NCBI GenBank assembly: GCA_963850905.1
Contig: CAWKMU010000003.1
Coordinates: 1,920,001 to 1,984,000 of the forward strand
Direction: 5' to 3'
Length of the DNA stretch: 64,000 nt
Source: an uncultured Gemmatimonadales bacterium
GTDB lineage: Bacteria; Gemmatimonadota; Gemmatimonadetes; Gemmatimonadales; Gemmatimonadaceae
Part shown: positions 33,064 to 41,561 of the stretch, in pieces
Layout of the letters: every line of letters starts with the position of its first letter
How positions within the stretch are numbered: position 1 is the first letter of the stretch
Translations under genes and position numbers: made by a program
Notes under the pieces: generated by a model
What the model saw: only the letters and a program-made list of their open reading frames with translations
What the model was told of the DNA's origin: nothing
Database searches by the model: none

Positions 33064-33785
33064 CCGACTCCTGTCACGTGCGTCAAAGCAGGCGTGTTGA
33101 GTCCACGTTTCTTCGCGGACCGAATGAGCCGATGCCAATTGGCGTCCACTGCCTCGGTTGCACCAGGGCGGTCCCATCGCACGCGGTCGACGTCGAGAAC
33201 ATGCGCCACGGGAGACGTTGCGTTTGTTTGGTCGATGAGCATGTTCCGGACATTGAGGTCCTCGTGCACGGCACCGAGGCGTCCCAGATCATCGATCAGC
33301 ACGCGGACCGACTCCCACACCGGCGTCGCGTCAGCCTCTGCAGTCAGGTATCTGAGCGCAGTGTAGAGATCCTCCGCATCGGGAACCTCTTGGGTCAGGA
33401 CGTCTACCCGGCGCAGGCCCGGCGCGATGTGATAGCGCACATAAGCCAAAACGTGCGGTGTCGCCACACCGCCAGCCCGTAGACGCGTCGACACGTCGAG
33501 CTCGTATGGGGCGCGTGTCGATCCCCAAAAAATGTCACGAGTGATAGGGGCGAAGAGACCCCCGTGCCTCACCCGGCGCACCACGACCCTCGTATCATGG
33601 ATCGAAATTCCGTACGCGGGGCCGCGCCCCTGAAATTCGCGATGGTCTTTGCGCCCAGCTGCGTACTCGTAGATCGTGCCGTACGCCAACGCTGCCACGA
33701 GTGGCTCGACCAGCGGCTCCCACGCGACGCCGTCGACTCCAGCCAAGCGGATGCGCCGATAGCCTGGTGGTGTCTGCGCCATCAC
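33060..33785 (-). CDS. Kdo/LPS kinase (KdkA/WaaP family)
   Basis: GRG, RRVRHGG, HEDLNVRNML, LDVDR; coupled to GT9 gene. Confidence 0.8.
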   Translation of the reverse strand: MMAQTPPGYRRIRLAGVDGVAWEPLVEPLVAALAYGTIYEYAAGRKDHREFQGRGPAYGISIHDTRVVVRRVRHGGLFAPITRDIFWGSTRAPYELDVSTRLRAGGVATPHVLAYVRYHIAPGLRRVDVLTQEVPDAEDLYTALRYLTAEADATPVWESVRVLIDDLGRLGAVHEDLNVRNMLIDQTNATSPVAHVLDVDRVRWDRPGATEAVDANWHRLIRSAKKRGLNTPALTHVTGVG

Positions 33786-33794
33786 TCGAATTCG

Positions 33795-33866
33795 GGTGCG
33801 GACGGCAACAGGGGGCGACGCAATGCGTCGCCCCTACCTGCCACGTGGTTGACTGCGTGCGGACGG
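33795..33866. repeat. 72-bp GTAG-REP module, copy 2
   Basis: ggtgcggacgg...ggggcgacgcaatgcgtcgcccctac...gcgtgcggacgg. Confidence 0.75.
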
Positions 33867-33879
33867 CACAGGAAGGCGA

Positions 33880-35625
33880 TTACCGGGCGACCAGATACAC
33901 CGGCACGGGGTGCGTCTTGCCCTTGAGTTCGAGCGGAGGACGTTCCTCGAGGGTCGGAGGCCGCCGCAGCGCACGGCGGATCTCATCGCTCAAGAGGATC
34001 TCACCCGCCTCGGCTGCGGCGCAAAGACGACTCGCGGTGTTGACGGTGTCACCGATGACGGTGAACTCGAGTCGGCGCTCAGAACCAATGTTGCCGGCAA
34101 ACGCCTCGCCGTAGCTGAGGCCAATGCCGATGCCCAGCTCGGGGCGGCCGGCGCCGCGCCACTTGGTATTCAGCGTGTCCAGCGCCCGCATCATCTCGAT
34201 CGCGGCCTGCACCGCACGATCCGCGTCCTCCGGCGTACCGATGGGCGCGCCCCACTGTGCCATGACCGCATCGCCCATGAACTTGTCGAGCGTCCCCCCG
34301 TGACGAAACACGCATTCCACCATCTCGGTGAAGTACTCCGTCAGCAGGCTGGCCATGTCATCGGGATTCATCGCCTCCGAGAGCGCCGTGAAGCCGCGGA
34401 TGTCGCTGAAGAGGACGGCGACCGGCCGCTTGTCGCCCCCAAGCCGCACGGCGCCTGGGGAATCGGCGATGCGTGCCGCGAGATTGGGCGCGAAGTACCG
34501 CTCGAAGTTGCTGCGGACGAGGAGCTCGTGCCGGATGCGCTCGGAGAACTGACCGTTCTCGATCGCGACCGCCGCGATGCTGGCGAACGCCGCCAGGAAC
34601 TCGAGGTCTTCTTCGTCGACCCGATGGGTCGATGTCACGTTGTCGACGTACAGCACCCCCAGGACGCGGCCATCGCTCCCGACCAGTGGCGCGCACATGG
34701 TGGATCGAACTCGCTGCATCAGGATCGATTCCCCGCCAAATCGCAGATCCTCCGGCGCGTTGTCCGACAGGATGGCGACCTTGTCCTGCACCGCCGTTCG
34801 CACGATCGACTGCGGGACCGACCGCTGCGGCGCTGCACCCTGCCGATCCCGCGCGACTTTGGGAACCTGCTCCCCGCGCTCATCGGCCAGCAGCACCGAG
34901 ACATAGTCCACGTCGAAGATCTGCAGACAGAAGCCGGCAATCTTGTCGAGCAGTGAGCCGATGTCGGCAACGCGAGTCAGTCCCTTCGAGACCTCGAGTA
35001 GCACGGCGAGCTTCTGGGCGTTGCGCTCCTGACTGGCACGATCGACGTCGCCGGGGGCCTGGAGAGAGCCCGTTGCTCGTGCCGCCGTCGTGCCCGACGC
35101 CGTCTGGCCACGCAGCGCGGCCGCGAGGCCCTGCGGTCCAGCATCAGGGACCCGCAGCTGTCGGACGATCGTGCCCTCGCTCCGAATGGCGATCGAACCG
35201 ATGGGGGTCGTGCGTGGGGTGGTGCGGGCTCCGGCGATCGGCCCCGTCACGGCGGGTGACTCCGTGGCCGTTCCGCCCGCGCCGGCACCGCGTGCGCTCC
35301 GGCCGCCGCTCGCGCGCGCGGCGACGGGCGTGGTCGTTGCCAACCGCTCGCTCAGGCGAAAGGACACCTTCCCGAATGTGATGACGTCGCCAACGTTGAG
35401 GTGCGATTCCGAAACTCTCGCCCCGTTGACGAAGGTGCCGTTGCTCGACCCGAGGTCGCGCACGTCGATACCATTCTCCTCGTGCGTCACCTGAGCGTGG
35501 CGTCGCGAGATCGTCGGATCGAAGACAGGAATGTCGCTCGTGAGGGCGCGACCGACCACGAGTGAGCTCCCCAACTTCAAGTCGAAGGTCTGTCCTCCCT
35601 CCACGCTCGTCAGCGTATACAGCAT
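33880..35625 (-). CDS. FHA + GAF + class III adenylate/guanylate cyclase
   Basis: GR...SRRHA...GSSNGT FHA motifs; GAF region; FSDIRGFT, DKFMGD, EFTVIGDTVNTASRL. Confidence 0.93.
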   Translation of the reverse strand: MLYTLTSVEGGQTFDLKLGSSLVVGRALTSDIPVFDPTISRRHAQVTHEENGIDVRDLGSSNGTFVNGARVSESHLNVGDVITFGKVSFRLSERLATTTPVAARASGGRSARGAGAGGTATESPAVTGPIAGARTTPRTTPIGSIAIRSEGTIVRQLRVPDAGPQGLAAALRGQTASGTTAARATGSLQAPGDVDRASQERNAQKLAVLLEVSKGLTRVADIGSLLDKIAGFCLQIFDVDYVSVLLADERGEQVPKVARDRQGAAPQRSVPQSIVRTAVQDKVAILSDNAPEDLRFGGESILMQRVRSTMCAPLVGSDGRVLGVLYVDNVTSTHRVDEEDLEFLAAFASIAAVAIENGQFSERIRHELLVRSNFERYFAPNLAARIADSPGAVRLGGDKRPVAVLFSDIRGFTALSEAMNPDDMASLLTEYFTEMVECVFRHGGTLDKFMGDAVMAQWGAPIGTPEDADRAVQAAIEMMRALDTLNTKWRGAGRPELGIGIGLSYGEAFAGNIGSERRLEFTVIGDTVNTASRLCAAAEAGEILLSDEIRRALRRPPTLEERPPLELKGKTHPVPVYLVAR

Positions 35626-35630
35626 CGCGG

Positions 35631-37196
35631 TCAGAATATAGAGGCCGGTCTCGAAGACGGCGCCTCTGGCGCGGGGGATGGGCGCCGAGGCAGCAGGGCG
35701 TGCCGGACCTGGCCAATCGCCGCGAGCACCGCGCGCGCCTTGTTCTCGGTCTCTTGCCATTCACGTTCCGGCACCGAGTCGGCCACGATGCCAGCGCCAA
35801 CCCCGACCGAGGCTACGCCCTTGGCGATGACGCAGGTTCGAATCGTGATCGCCAGATCCATCCGTCGGTCCCCCGCGGCGATGTAGCCGACGGCGCCCGC
35901 GTAGGGCCCCCGCCGCTCCGGCTCCAGCCCATCGATGATCTCCATCGCTCGGACCTTGGGAGCACCGGTCATCGTGCCGGCCGGGAAAGTGGCGCGAAAC
36001 GCGTCGATAGCCGATCCATCTGGCGGAATCCGCCCCTCGACCTGACTGACAATGTGCAGGACGTGTGAGTAGCGCTCGACCAGCATCAGTTCGGTCACCG
36101 CCACCGTACCGAACTCCGCGACTCGACCCACATCGTTGCGCCCCAGATCCACCAGCATGACGTGCTCCGCGCGCTCCTTCTCGTCGGCAAGGAGTTCCGT
36201 CGCCAGCGCCTCATCCTCCTCGCGTGTGCGTCCGCGAGGTCGTGTGCCGGCGATCGGGCGGACCGTCACACGCTGGTTCGCGACGCGGACGAGAAGCTCC
36301 GGGGAGCTTCCGACGAGCTCCACGCCGTCGAGCATGAGGTGATACATGTAAGGTGACGGATTGATTGCCCGCAGCGCGCGATAGAGCGCGTCAGATGGAA
36401 AGTCGTGCGCCACGTCAATGCGACGCGCCAACAGCGTCTGGAAGCAGTCGCCCGCCATGATGTACTCGCGGATGCGCGTGACGTCGCGCATAAAGTGCTC
36501 ACGGGCATAATTCGAGTGCCCCTCGGCTGGCGGTGCATGCGGATCCAGGTCGAGTGCCGCCAGGGGTGCCGGCGCGCGCAAACGCGCGAGGGTGCGCTCG
36601 ATCTCGGCGATGGCGCTGTCATGCAGGCGCTCGAGCGCTGCATCGTCCGCACCCCGCGGCACCGCGACACCGACGACGACACGGGCTTGCGCGCGCAGAT
36701 TGTCGATGATGACGACCGCGCGAGTGAAAACGAATAGCGCGTCTGGCACGTCCAGTACCGCTCGCGGTGGCGACGGCAACCGCTCGATGTGCCGCACCAC
36801 GTCATAGGAGAAATAGCCCACGGCGCCGGCCCAAAACTCCCCGAGTTCGGGGACCGAGACCGGTGCGTCTCGGGCAATGAGGCCTTGCAGGTCGGCGAGT
36901 GGGTCGGCCGGCCGGCGATCGGCGTGCCACCCGCGATCGGCCGTCCAGTCCTGGACGGTCCCATCGCGCCGCAGTCGCCACGCCGCACGTGGCTCGGTGC
37001 CCATGAACGTGTAGCGCGACCATGTCTCGCTCCCCGCGGGCGCCGACTCGAGCAGAAACGCAAATGGCGCGCGGCGCAGCTTCGCGAACGCGGACACCGG
37101 CGTATCCGTGTCGAGCAGCGTGTCGCGCCACACGGGCACGAGTCCACCCTGCGCGCGGACGCGATCGGCAAGGGCACGGAAGGGCTCCAGGGTCAT
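35631..37196 (-). CDS. trpE: Anthranilate synthase component I
   Basis: FLLES, NPSPYM, GSSPE, PIAGTR, EHVMLVDLGRND, GAPKVRAM, ETENKA. Confidence 0.93.
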   Translation of the reverse strand: MTLEPFRALADRVRAQGGLVPVWRDTLLDTDTPVSAFAKLRRAPFAFLLESAPAGSETWSRYTFMGTEPRAAWRLRRDGTVQDWTADRGWHADRRPADPLADLQGLIARDAPVSVPELGEFWAGAVGYFSYDVVRHIERLPSPPRAVLDVPDALFVFTRAVVIIDNLRAQARVVVGVAVPRGADDAALERLHDSAIAEIERTLARLRAPAPLAALDLDPHAPPAEGHSNYAREHFMRDVTRIREYIMAGDCFQTLLARRIDVAHDFPSDALYRALRAINPSPYMYHLMLDGVELVGSSPELLVRVANQRVTVRPIAGTRPRGRTREEDEALATELLADEKERAEHVMLVDLGRNDVGRVAEFGTVAVTELMLVERYSHVLHIVSQVEGRIPPDGSAIDAFRATFPAGTMTGAPKVRAMEIIDGLEPERRGPYAGAVGYIAAGDRRMDLAITIRTCVIAKGVASVGVGAGIVADSVPEREWQETENKARAVLAAIGQVRHALLPRRPSPAPEAPSSRPASIF

Positions 37197-37211
37197 CTAT
37201 ATTTTGCCCTC

Positions 37212-39326
37212 ATGCGTCGCGGGCACTCGGTGTGGCGACAGGTGGCCGTCTGGCTTGCGGGAGGTGCGGCTGCATGGTCAACCTTCGCCCAGCCGGCTCG
37301 AGCCCAGGTAAGCCCCGACCGCTGGAACGACGTACCCGTCCGAGCGCTGGTGGCACTGGCAATCGGTCGCCGGAGCCAGCAGTTCGGCGACAGTGCCCTC
37401 ACCGACTATCAGGCGACGGCGCGCGGCTTCGTCACCTTTCTCGCGCAGGCCGGGCCCGGATTCCCCGATCCACCCAAGGCCGTCAGGGTCGACGAGTTGG
37501 CCGTGGAAGTTTACTGGCGCGCGCCCAACCTCAGCAAGCAGGTGGTGATCGGACGTCGCGACACGTTGCTCCTGCCTGCCGACATTGCCTACTACAGCGA
37601 CCGGTACGGGATCATTCAAAACAACTTCCCTGACTCCATTCGCCTGGGGGAGGGGAACGACGTGCACGATGTGCCGCATCCGTTGTCGAGTCGTGGACCC
37701 GAGGACTACGATTACGCGATCGTCGATTCGTTGCGCATCGGCATCTCCGGCCGTTCGATCGCAGTCTATGACGTCCGCGTGCGGCCGCGCGTGCCGACAG
37801 CGGCGCGCGTTGTCGGCGACCTGTACCTCGACCGCGCGACCGGCGCCCTCGTTCGGATGTCGATCACGTTCACGCGCGCGGCCATCCTCGACAAGCGCAT
37901 CGAGACCCTCGCGGTCACACTCGACAACGCGCTGGTCGATGGGCGGTTCTGGTTGCCGCTCCACCAGGAGCTCGAGGTCGCACGGACGACGACGTGGCTC
38001 GACTATCCCGTTCGGGGAATCATCCGCGGACGCTGGGACATTTGCTGCTATCGGATCAATCGCGGCGTCCCGTACGCGATCTTCGTAGGCCCTCCGATCG
38101 CGTTCGCGCCACCCAGCACGACCGCGCGGTATCCGTGGTCGGGCCGGATCCTCGACTCGCTCCCGAGCGATGTATCCCTCGCAACGCCTGGCGACGTGCG
38201 GCGTGTGGAAGCGGCCGCGCATCAAGTCCTGCGTGACGCGGCCCTCAACCGCGTGCGCGCGATCAGTCTGTCGACGCACAGTGTGTCGGACATCGTCCGG
38301 GTCAATCGCGTCGAGGGACTGGCAGTTGGCGCGGGTGTCACACAGGGCATTGGACCAGATTGGTCGGCCGGGCTGGGGGCTCGCTACGGTCTCTCCAACC
38401 GCCAGGCCAACGGACAAGCGACCCTCACGTGGTCGCCATTGGGCGATCTGAGTCTTGGGGTCCTGGCCTACCGGCAGTTTCGGGACGCTGGTGACGTCGC
38501 CGAGAGCTCGATCCTCGCCAACAGCATCGCGGCGCAAGAGTTCGGAGCGGATGACACGGATCCGTACGATGTTCGCGGGGCCGGCCTCCAGGCGTCCTTT
38601 CGCATCCCGCTCGAGCTACGCTGGCGCTTCGCGATCTCTCGCGAGTCGCAGCGCGCGCTGGCGGTCCACGCCACCCCGGTGTTCAACGCCTACGGTCCCA
38701 CGATCCCCGCACTCGCACTGCAAGCGACCCGCGCGGTGGTGACGGTCGACCGGTCCGACGCTCCGGGCCCGTGGGAGACGGTGTGGCGTGCGCGTCTCGA
38801 GGCCCGCGGCGAATGGTACACGGCGGCCGACACGGCGTTGCCGCGCGCAGTCACCGTGGCCCGGGGATTCCTGGGCATCGACGGAGACCGGCCGTTCGGC
38901 GATAGTCATCTCGTTGCGCGCGCCTCGATTGGAGCGGTAACCGCCGATGGGCCAATCCCCGCCCAGGAGTTCGTCTACGCGGGCGGTCCGACGAGCGGGC
39001 CGGGATACGCCTATCATGCCTTCGTCGGGCGTCTGACTGCCACGCTACGAGGCGAGTGGCAGATGCGCGTGCCCGCGCCGGCGATCCCCCTTGGAAGCCT
39101 CGGCAGCACCCCCCGTCATGTCACCCTTGCCCCCTTTGTGAGCGGCGCCTACGTAAACCAGGCCGCGGCATTTCGTCCGCTCCCGACGGGATGGTATCCG
39201 GCCGTGGGAATGAGCGCGCTCGGATTTTTCGACCTCTTGCAGGTCGAGGTCGGACGCGGCCTGCGGCGGCCGGGCGAATGGACCTTCTGGATCGATGTGA
39301 ACAGAGATTGGTGGGGCGTGCTCTAG
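37212..39326 (+). CDS. Large exported/outer-membrane protein (DUF5686-like, C-terminal beta-barrel)
   Basis: Signal peptide ending ARA-Q; RVNRVEGL; amphipathic beta strands; aromatic C-terminus. Confidence 0.6.
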   Translation: MRRGHSVWRQVAVWLAGGAAAWSTFAQPARAQVSPDRWNDVPVRALVALAIGRRSQQFGDSALTDYQATARGFVTFLAQAGPGFPDPPKAVRVDELAVEVYWRAPNLSKQVVIGRRDTLLLPADIAYYSDRYGIIQNNFPDSIRLGEGNDVHDVPHPLSSRGPEDYDYAIVDSLRIGISGRSIAVYDVRVRPRVPTAARVVGDLYLDRATGALVRMSITFTRAAILDKRIETLAVTLDNALVDGRFWLPLHQELEVARTTTWLDYPVRGIIRGRWDICCYRINRGVPYAIFVGPPIAFAPPSTTARYPWSGRILDSLPSDVSLATPGDVRRVEAAAHQVLRDAALNRVRAISLSTHSVSDIVRVNRVEGLAVGAGVTQGIGPDWSAGLGARYGLSNRQANGQATLTWSPLGDLSLGVLAYRQFRDAGDVAESSILANSIAAQEFGADDTDPYDVRGAGLQASFRIPLELRWRFAISRESQRALAVHATPVFNAYGPTIPALALQATRAVVTVDRSDAPGPWETVWRARLEARGEWYTAADTALPRAVTVARGFLGIDGDRPFGDSHLVARASIGAVTADGPIPAQEFVYAGGPTSGPGYAYHAFVGRLTATLRGEWQMRVPAPAIPLGSLGSTPRHVTLAPFVSGAYVNQAAAFRPLPTGWYPAVGMSALGFFDLLQVEVGRGLRRPGEWTFWIDVNRDWWGVL

Positions 39327-39517
39327 AAGCCGGGGTCGGGGTCAGGGGTCGGGATACAAAACGCGGTGAGGGTCGCGGCGCGGCGTAGATGTCCCTGTCT
39401 CCGCGCACCCTCACGCGCGATGGGTGTGAGAAGCAGATTGTGGCCTATGAGTATTGGGGGAGCGGGGCCGGCCGTGTCACGCCGGCGCGGGCGTCGTGAC
39501 GCTTGGCGAAGCGTTCG

Positions 39518-39982
39518 ATGACGCCCATCAACGCCGGCGTGGTCGACGTGTATGTCATCCGACCGTACCGGGCCGCTTGGCGGGTGCTCGTGCTGAAGCG
39601 AGCCAAGGACACCCGCTGCCCTGGCTCCTGGGAGACGGTCCATGGCCACATCGAGCCGGGTGAGACCCCCGAACGTGCGGCTATTCGCGAGGTGCGTGAA
39701 GAGACAGCCCTTGCGGTCGATCGCCTGTACAACGTCACGGTGCAACCGTTCTACCTGCACCGCCTCGATACCGTCGAGCTGGCTGTCGTGTTCGCTGCCT
39801 TCGTGCGCGAACCGGGTGCGGTGACGTTGGGTACCGAGCACGACGCGCACGAGTGGCTCCCCGTTGCGATGGCGCGCCGGCGGTTCGTGTGGCCACGGGC
39901 ACGCGCGGCCTTGGACGATATCGTCGAGCTCCTGAAGGGGGGCAATGCGGGGACGGTGGAGGATGTGTTGAGGGTGCTGTAA
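39518..39982 (+). CDS. NUDIX hydrolase (NudB-like)
   Basis: Nudix box GHIEPGETPERAAIREVREET; EHDAHEW. Confidence 0.9.
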   Translation: MTPINAGVVDVYVIRPYRAAWRVLVLKRAKDTRCPGSWETVHGHIEPGETPERAAIREVREETALAVDRLYNVTVQPFYLHRLDTVELAVVFAAFVREPGAVTLGTEHDAHEWLPVAMARRRFVWPRARAALDDIVELLKGGNAGTVEDVLRVL

Positions 39983-39984
39983 CG

Positions 39985-40104
39985 GCAGGGGCCAGGGGTC
40001 AGGGATCAGGGGTCAGGGGAACTAACCTGGGGCCGTTCGATTGTGCTGAGTAATGGGGGTGGTCAGTTTCTTCCTTAGCCCCAGACCCCAGACCCCAGAC
40101 CCCC
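39985..40104. repeat. Inverted heptamer arrays (CAGGGGT)n / (CCCCAGA)n
   Basis: caggggccaggggtcagggatcaggggtcagggg ... gccccagaccccagaccccagacccc. Confidence 0.8.
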
Positions 40105-40114
40105 GTAGTTCTCC

Positions 40115-40945
40115 ATGCCTCATCTGCCGCTCAAGCAGTTACCCGACCCTCCGCGCAAAGCGATCGCGGACGAGTGGCTCGAGCGACTCGAGTCGGAGTT
40201 GCAGGATGCGTCCGTCGACCGCGCGACGCTGTGTCGTCGCGTGCTGGTGGACCTCACCTACCCGGAGTACGCGGCCAACTGGGAAACGGCGGTCGCTGAC
40301 CGGAAACTCTCGGCCGGGTTGCGCCTCGCGCTCGCCGCGCTCGATCCGCGCGAGATCACGCTGGAGCCGGAGTACTACGCCGAGTGTGATCAGACGCGGT
40401 TCCAGCGCGTCAAGCCGCTACTCTGGCTGTGGTACTCCTTTGATCGGACGCCGCTGGGAGGCCAGAACGTCGACCTCGGCGTGCGACTCCGTCGGGTGCT
40501 GGCGCCGCACATCTTCAAGCAATGTGGCGAGAAATTCAAGGCGTTTCAGCACGTCGAGTTCTCGTTCGGATACAACATGGATGTCGGCGATAACTGTGTC
40601 GTGCACCGTCACGTCTTGTTGGACGATCGCGGTGGGATCGTGATGGGCAACAACGTGTCGGTCAGCGACTTTGCGAACATCTACAGCCACACGCACAGCA
40701 TCGTCGATCAGCGGGACGTCACCGACGCGGTGACGGTGCTCGAGGACAATGTTCGAATCACGTATCACGCGACAGTGCTCGCCGGCGTGCGCGTGGGCTG
40801 CAACGGCATGGTGGGAGCCCTCGCTGTCGCGACCAAGGACGTACGGCCCTACCACGTGTATGTCGGCATTCCGGCGAAGAGCATTCGCGTGAAGCCAAAT
40901 GCGCCGCAAGACGCGCACAACCTGTGTCTGGACGCTAGACGCTAG
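40115..40945 (+). CDS. Hexapeptide-repeat (left-handed beta-helix) acyltransferase
   Basis: VGDNCVVH, MGNNVSVS, LEDNVRIT, VGALAVATKDV, GIPAK repeats. Confidence 0.88.
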   Translation: MPHLPLKQLPDPPRKAIADEWLERLESELQDASVDRATLCRRVLVDLTYPEYAANWETAVADRKLSAGLRLALAALDPREITLEPEYYAECDQTRFQRVKPLLWLWYSFDRTPLGGQNVDLGVRLRRVLAPHIFKQCGEKFKAFQHVEFSFGYNMDVGDNCVVHRHVLLDDRGGIVMGNNVSVSDFANIYSHTHSIVDQRDVTDAVTVLEDNVRITYHATVLAGVRVGCNGMVGALAVATKDVRPYHVYVGIPAKSIRVKPNAPQDAHNLCLDARR

Positions 40946-41558
40946 GCCCCTCTACCAGCCCCGCCACCGCACTTGCCAACTCGTCTCGCCCGAGGCCAGT
41001 CGTTGCGCTGAAGGCGATGACCTGGCTCGCGTCGAGGCCTAGTTCCGTGCGAAGCGCTTCGAGGCGCGCGGGCGCGGCCGTGGCCGACAGCTTGTCGACC
41101 TTCGTGAGCACCACGAGCGTCGGTATGGCGATCCCGGCCAGATAGTCCAACATGGCGCGGTCGTCTACGGTCGCCTCGTGGCGAGCATCGATGAGTTGCA
41201 CCACCCCGCGGAGGCTCGGACTGGAAGTGAGGTACGCTTCGATCAGCGGCCGCCACTGCTCGCGGCGCTCCTTGGACACGCGCGCATAACCGTAGCCGGG
41301 CAGGTCCACGAGCACAAACGCGTCATTGACGCGAAAGAAGTTGATCTCCTGCGTGCGGCCCGGTGTGCGGCTCACGCGTGCGAGCGCTCGTCGGCGGACG
41401 AGGCGGTTGAGCAGCGCGGACTTGCCGACATTCGATCGACCGGCAAACGCGACCTCGGGCAGTCCGCTCGGCGGGCGCCACCCTCCGGCCTGGGCCATGC
41501 CCCCCAGGAACTGTAGCGACCGAATGGGAAGGGGATCGATGGACGACACCGCATCCAC
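40935..41558 (-). CDS. engB: Ribosome biogenesis GTPase YihA/YsxC
   Basis: GRSNVGKS, TPGRT, DLPGYG, TKVDK. Confidence 0.95.
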   Translation of the reverse strand: MDAVSSIDPLPIRSLQFLGGMAQAGGWRPPSGLPEVAFAGRSNVGKSALLNRLVRRRALARVSRTPGRTQEINFFRVNDAFVLVDLPGYGYARVSKERREQWRPLIEAYLTSSPSLRGVVQLIDARHEATVDDRAMLDYLAGIAIPTLVVLTKVDKLSATAAPARLEALRTELGLDASQVIAFSATTGLGRDELASAVAGLVEGPSV

Positions 41559-41561
41559 GGC

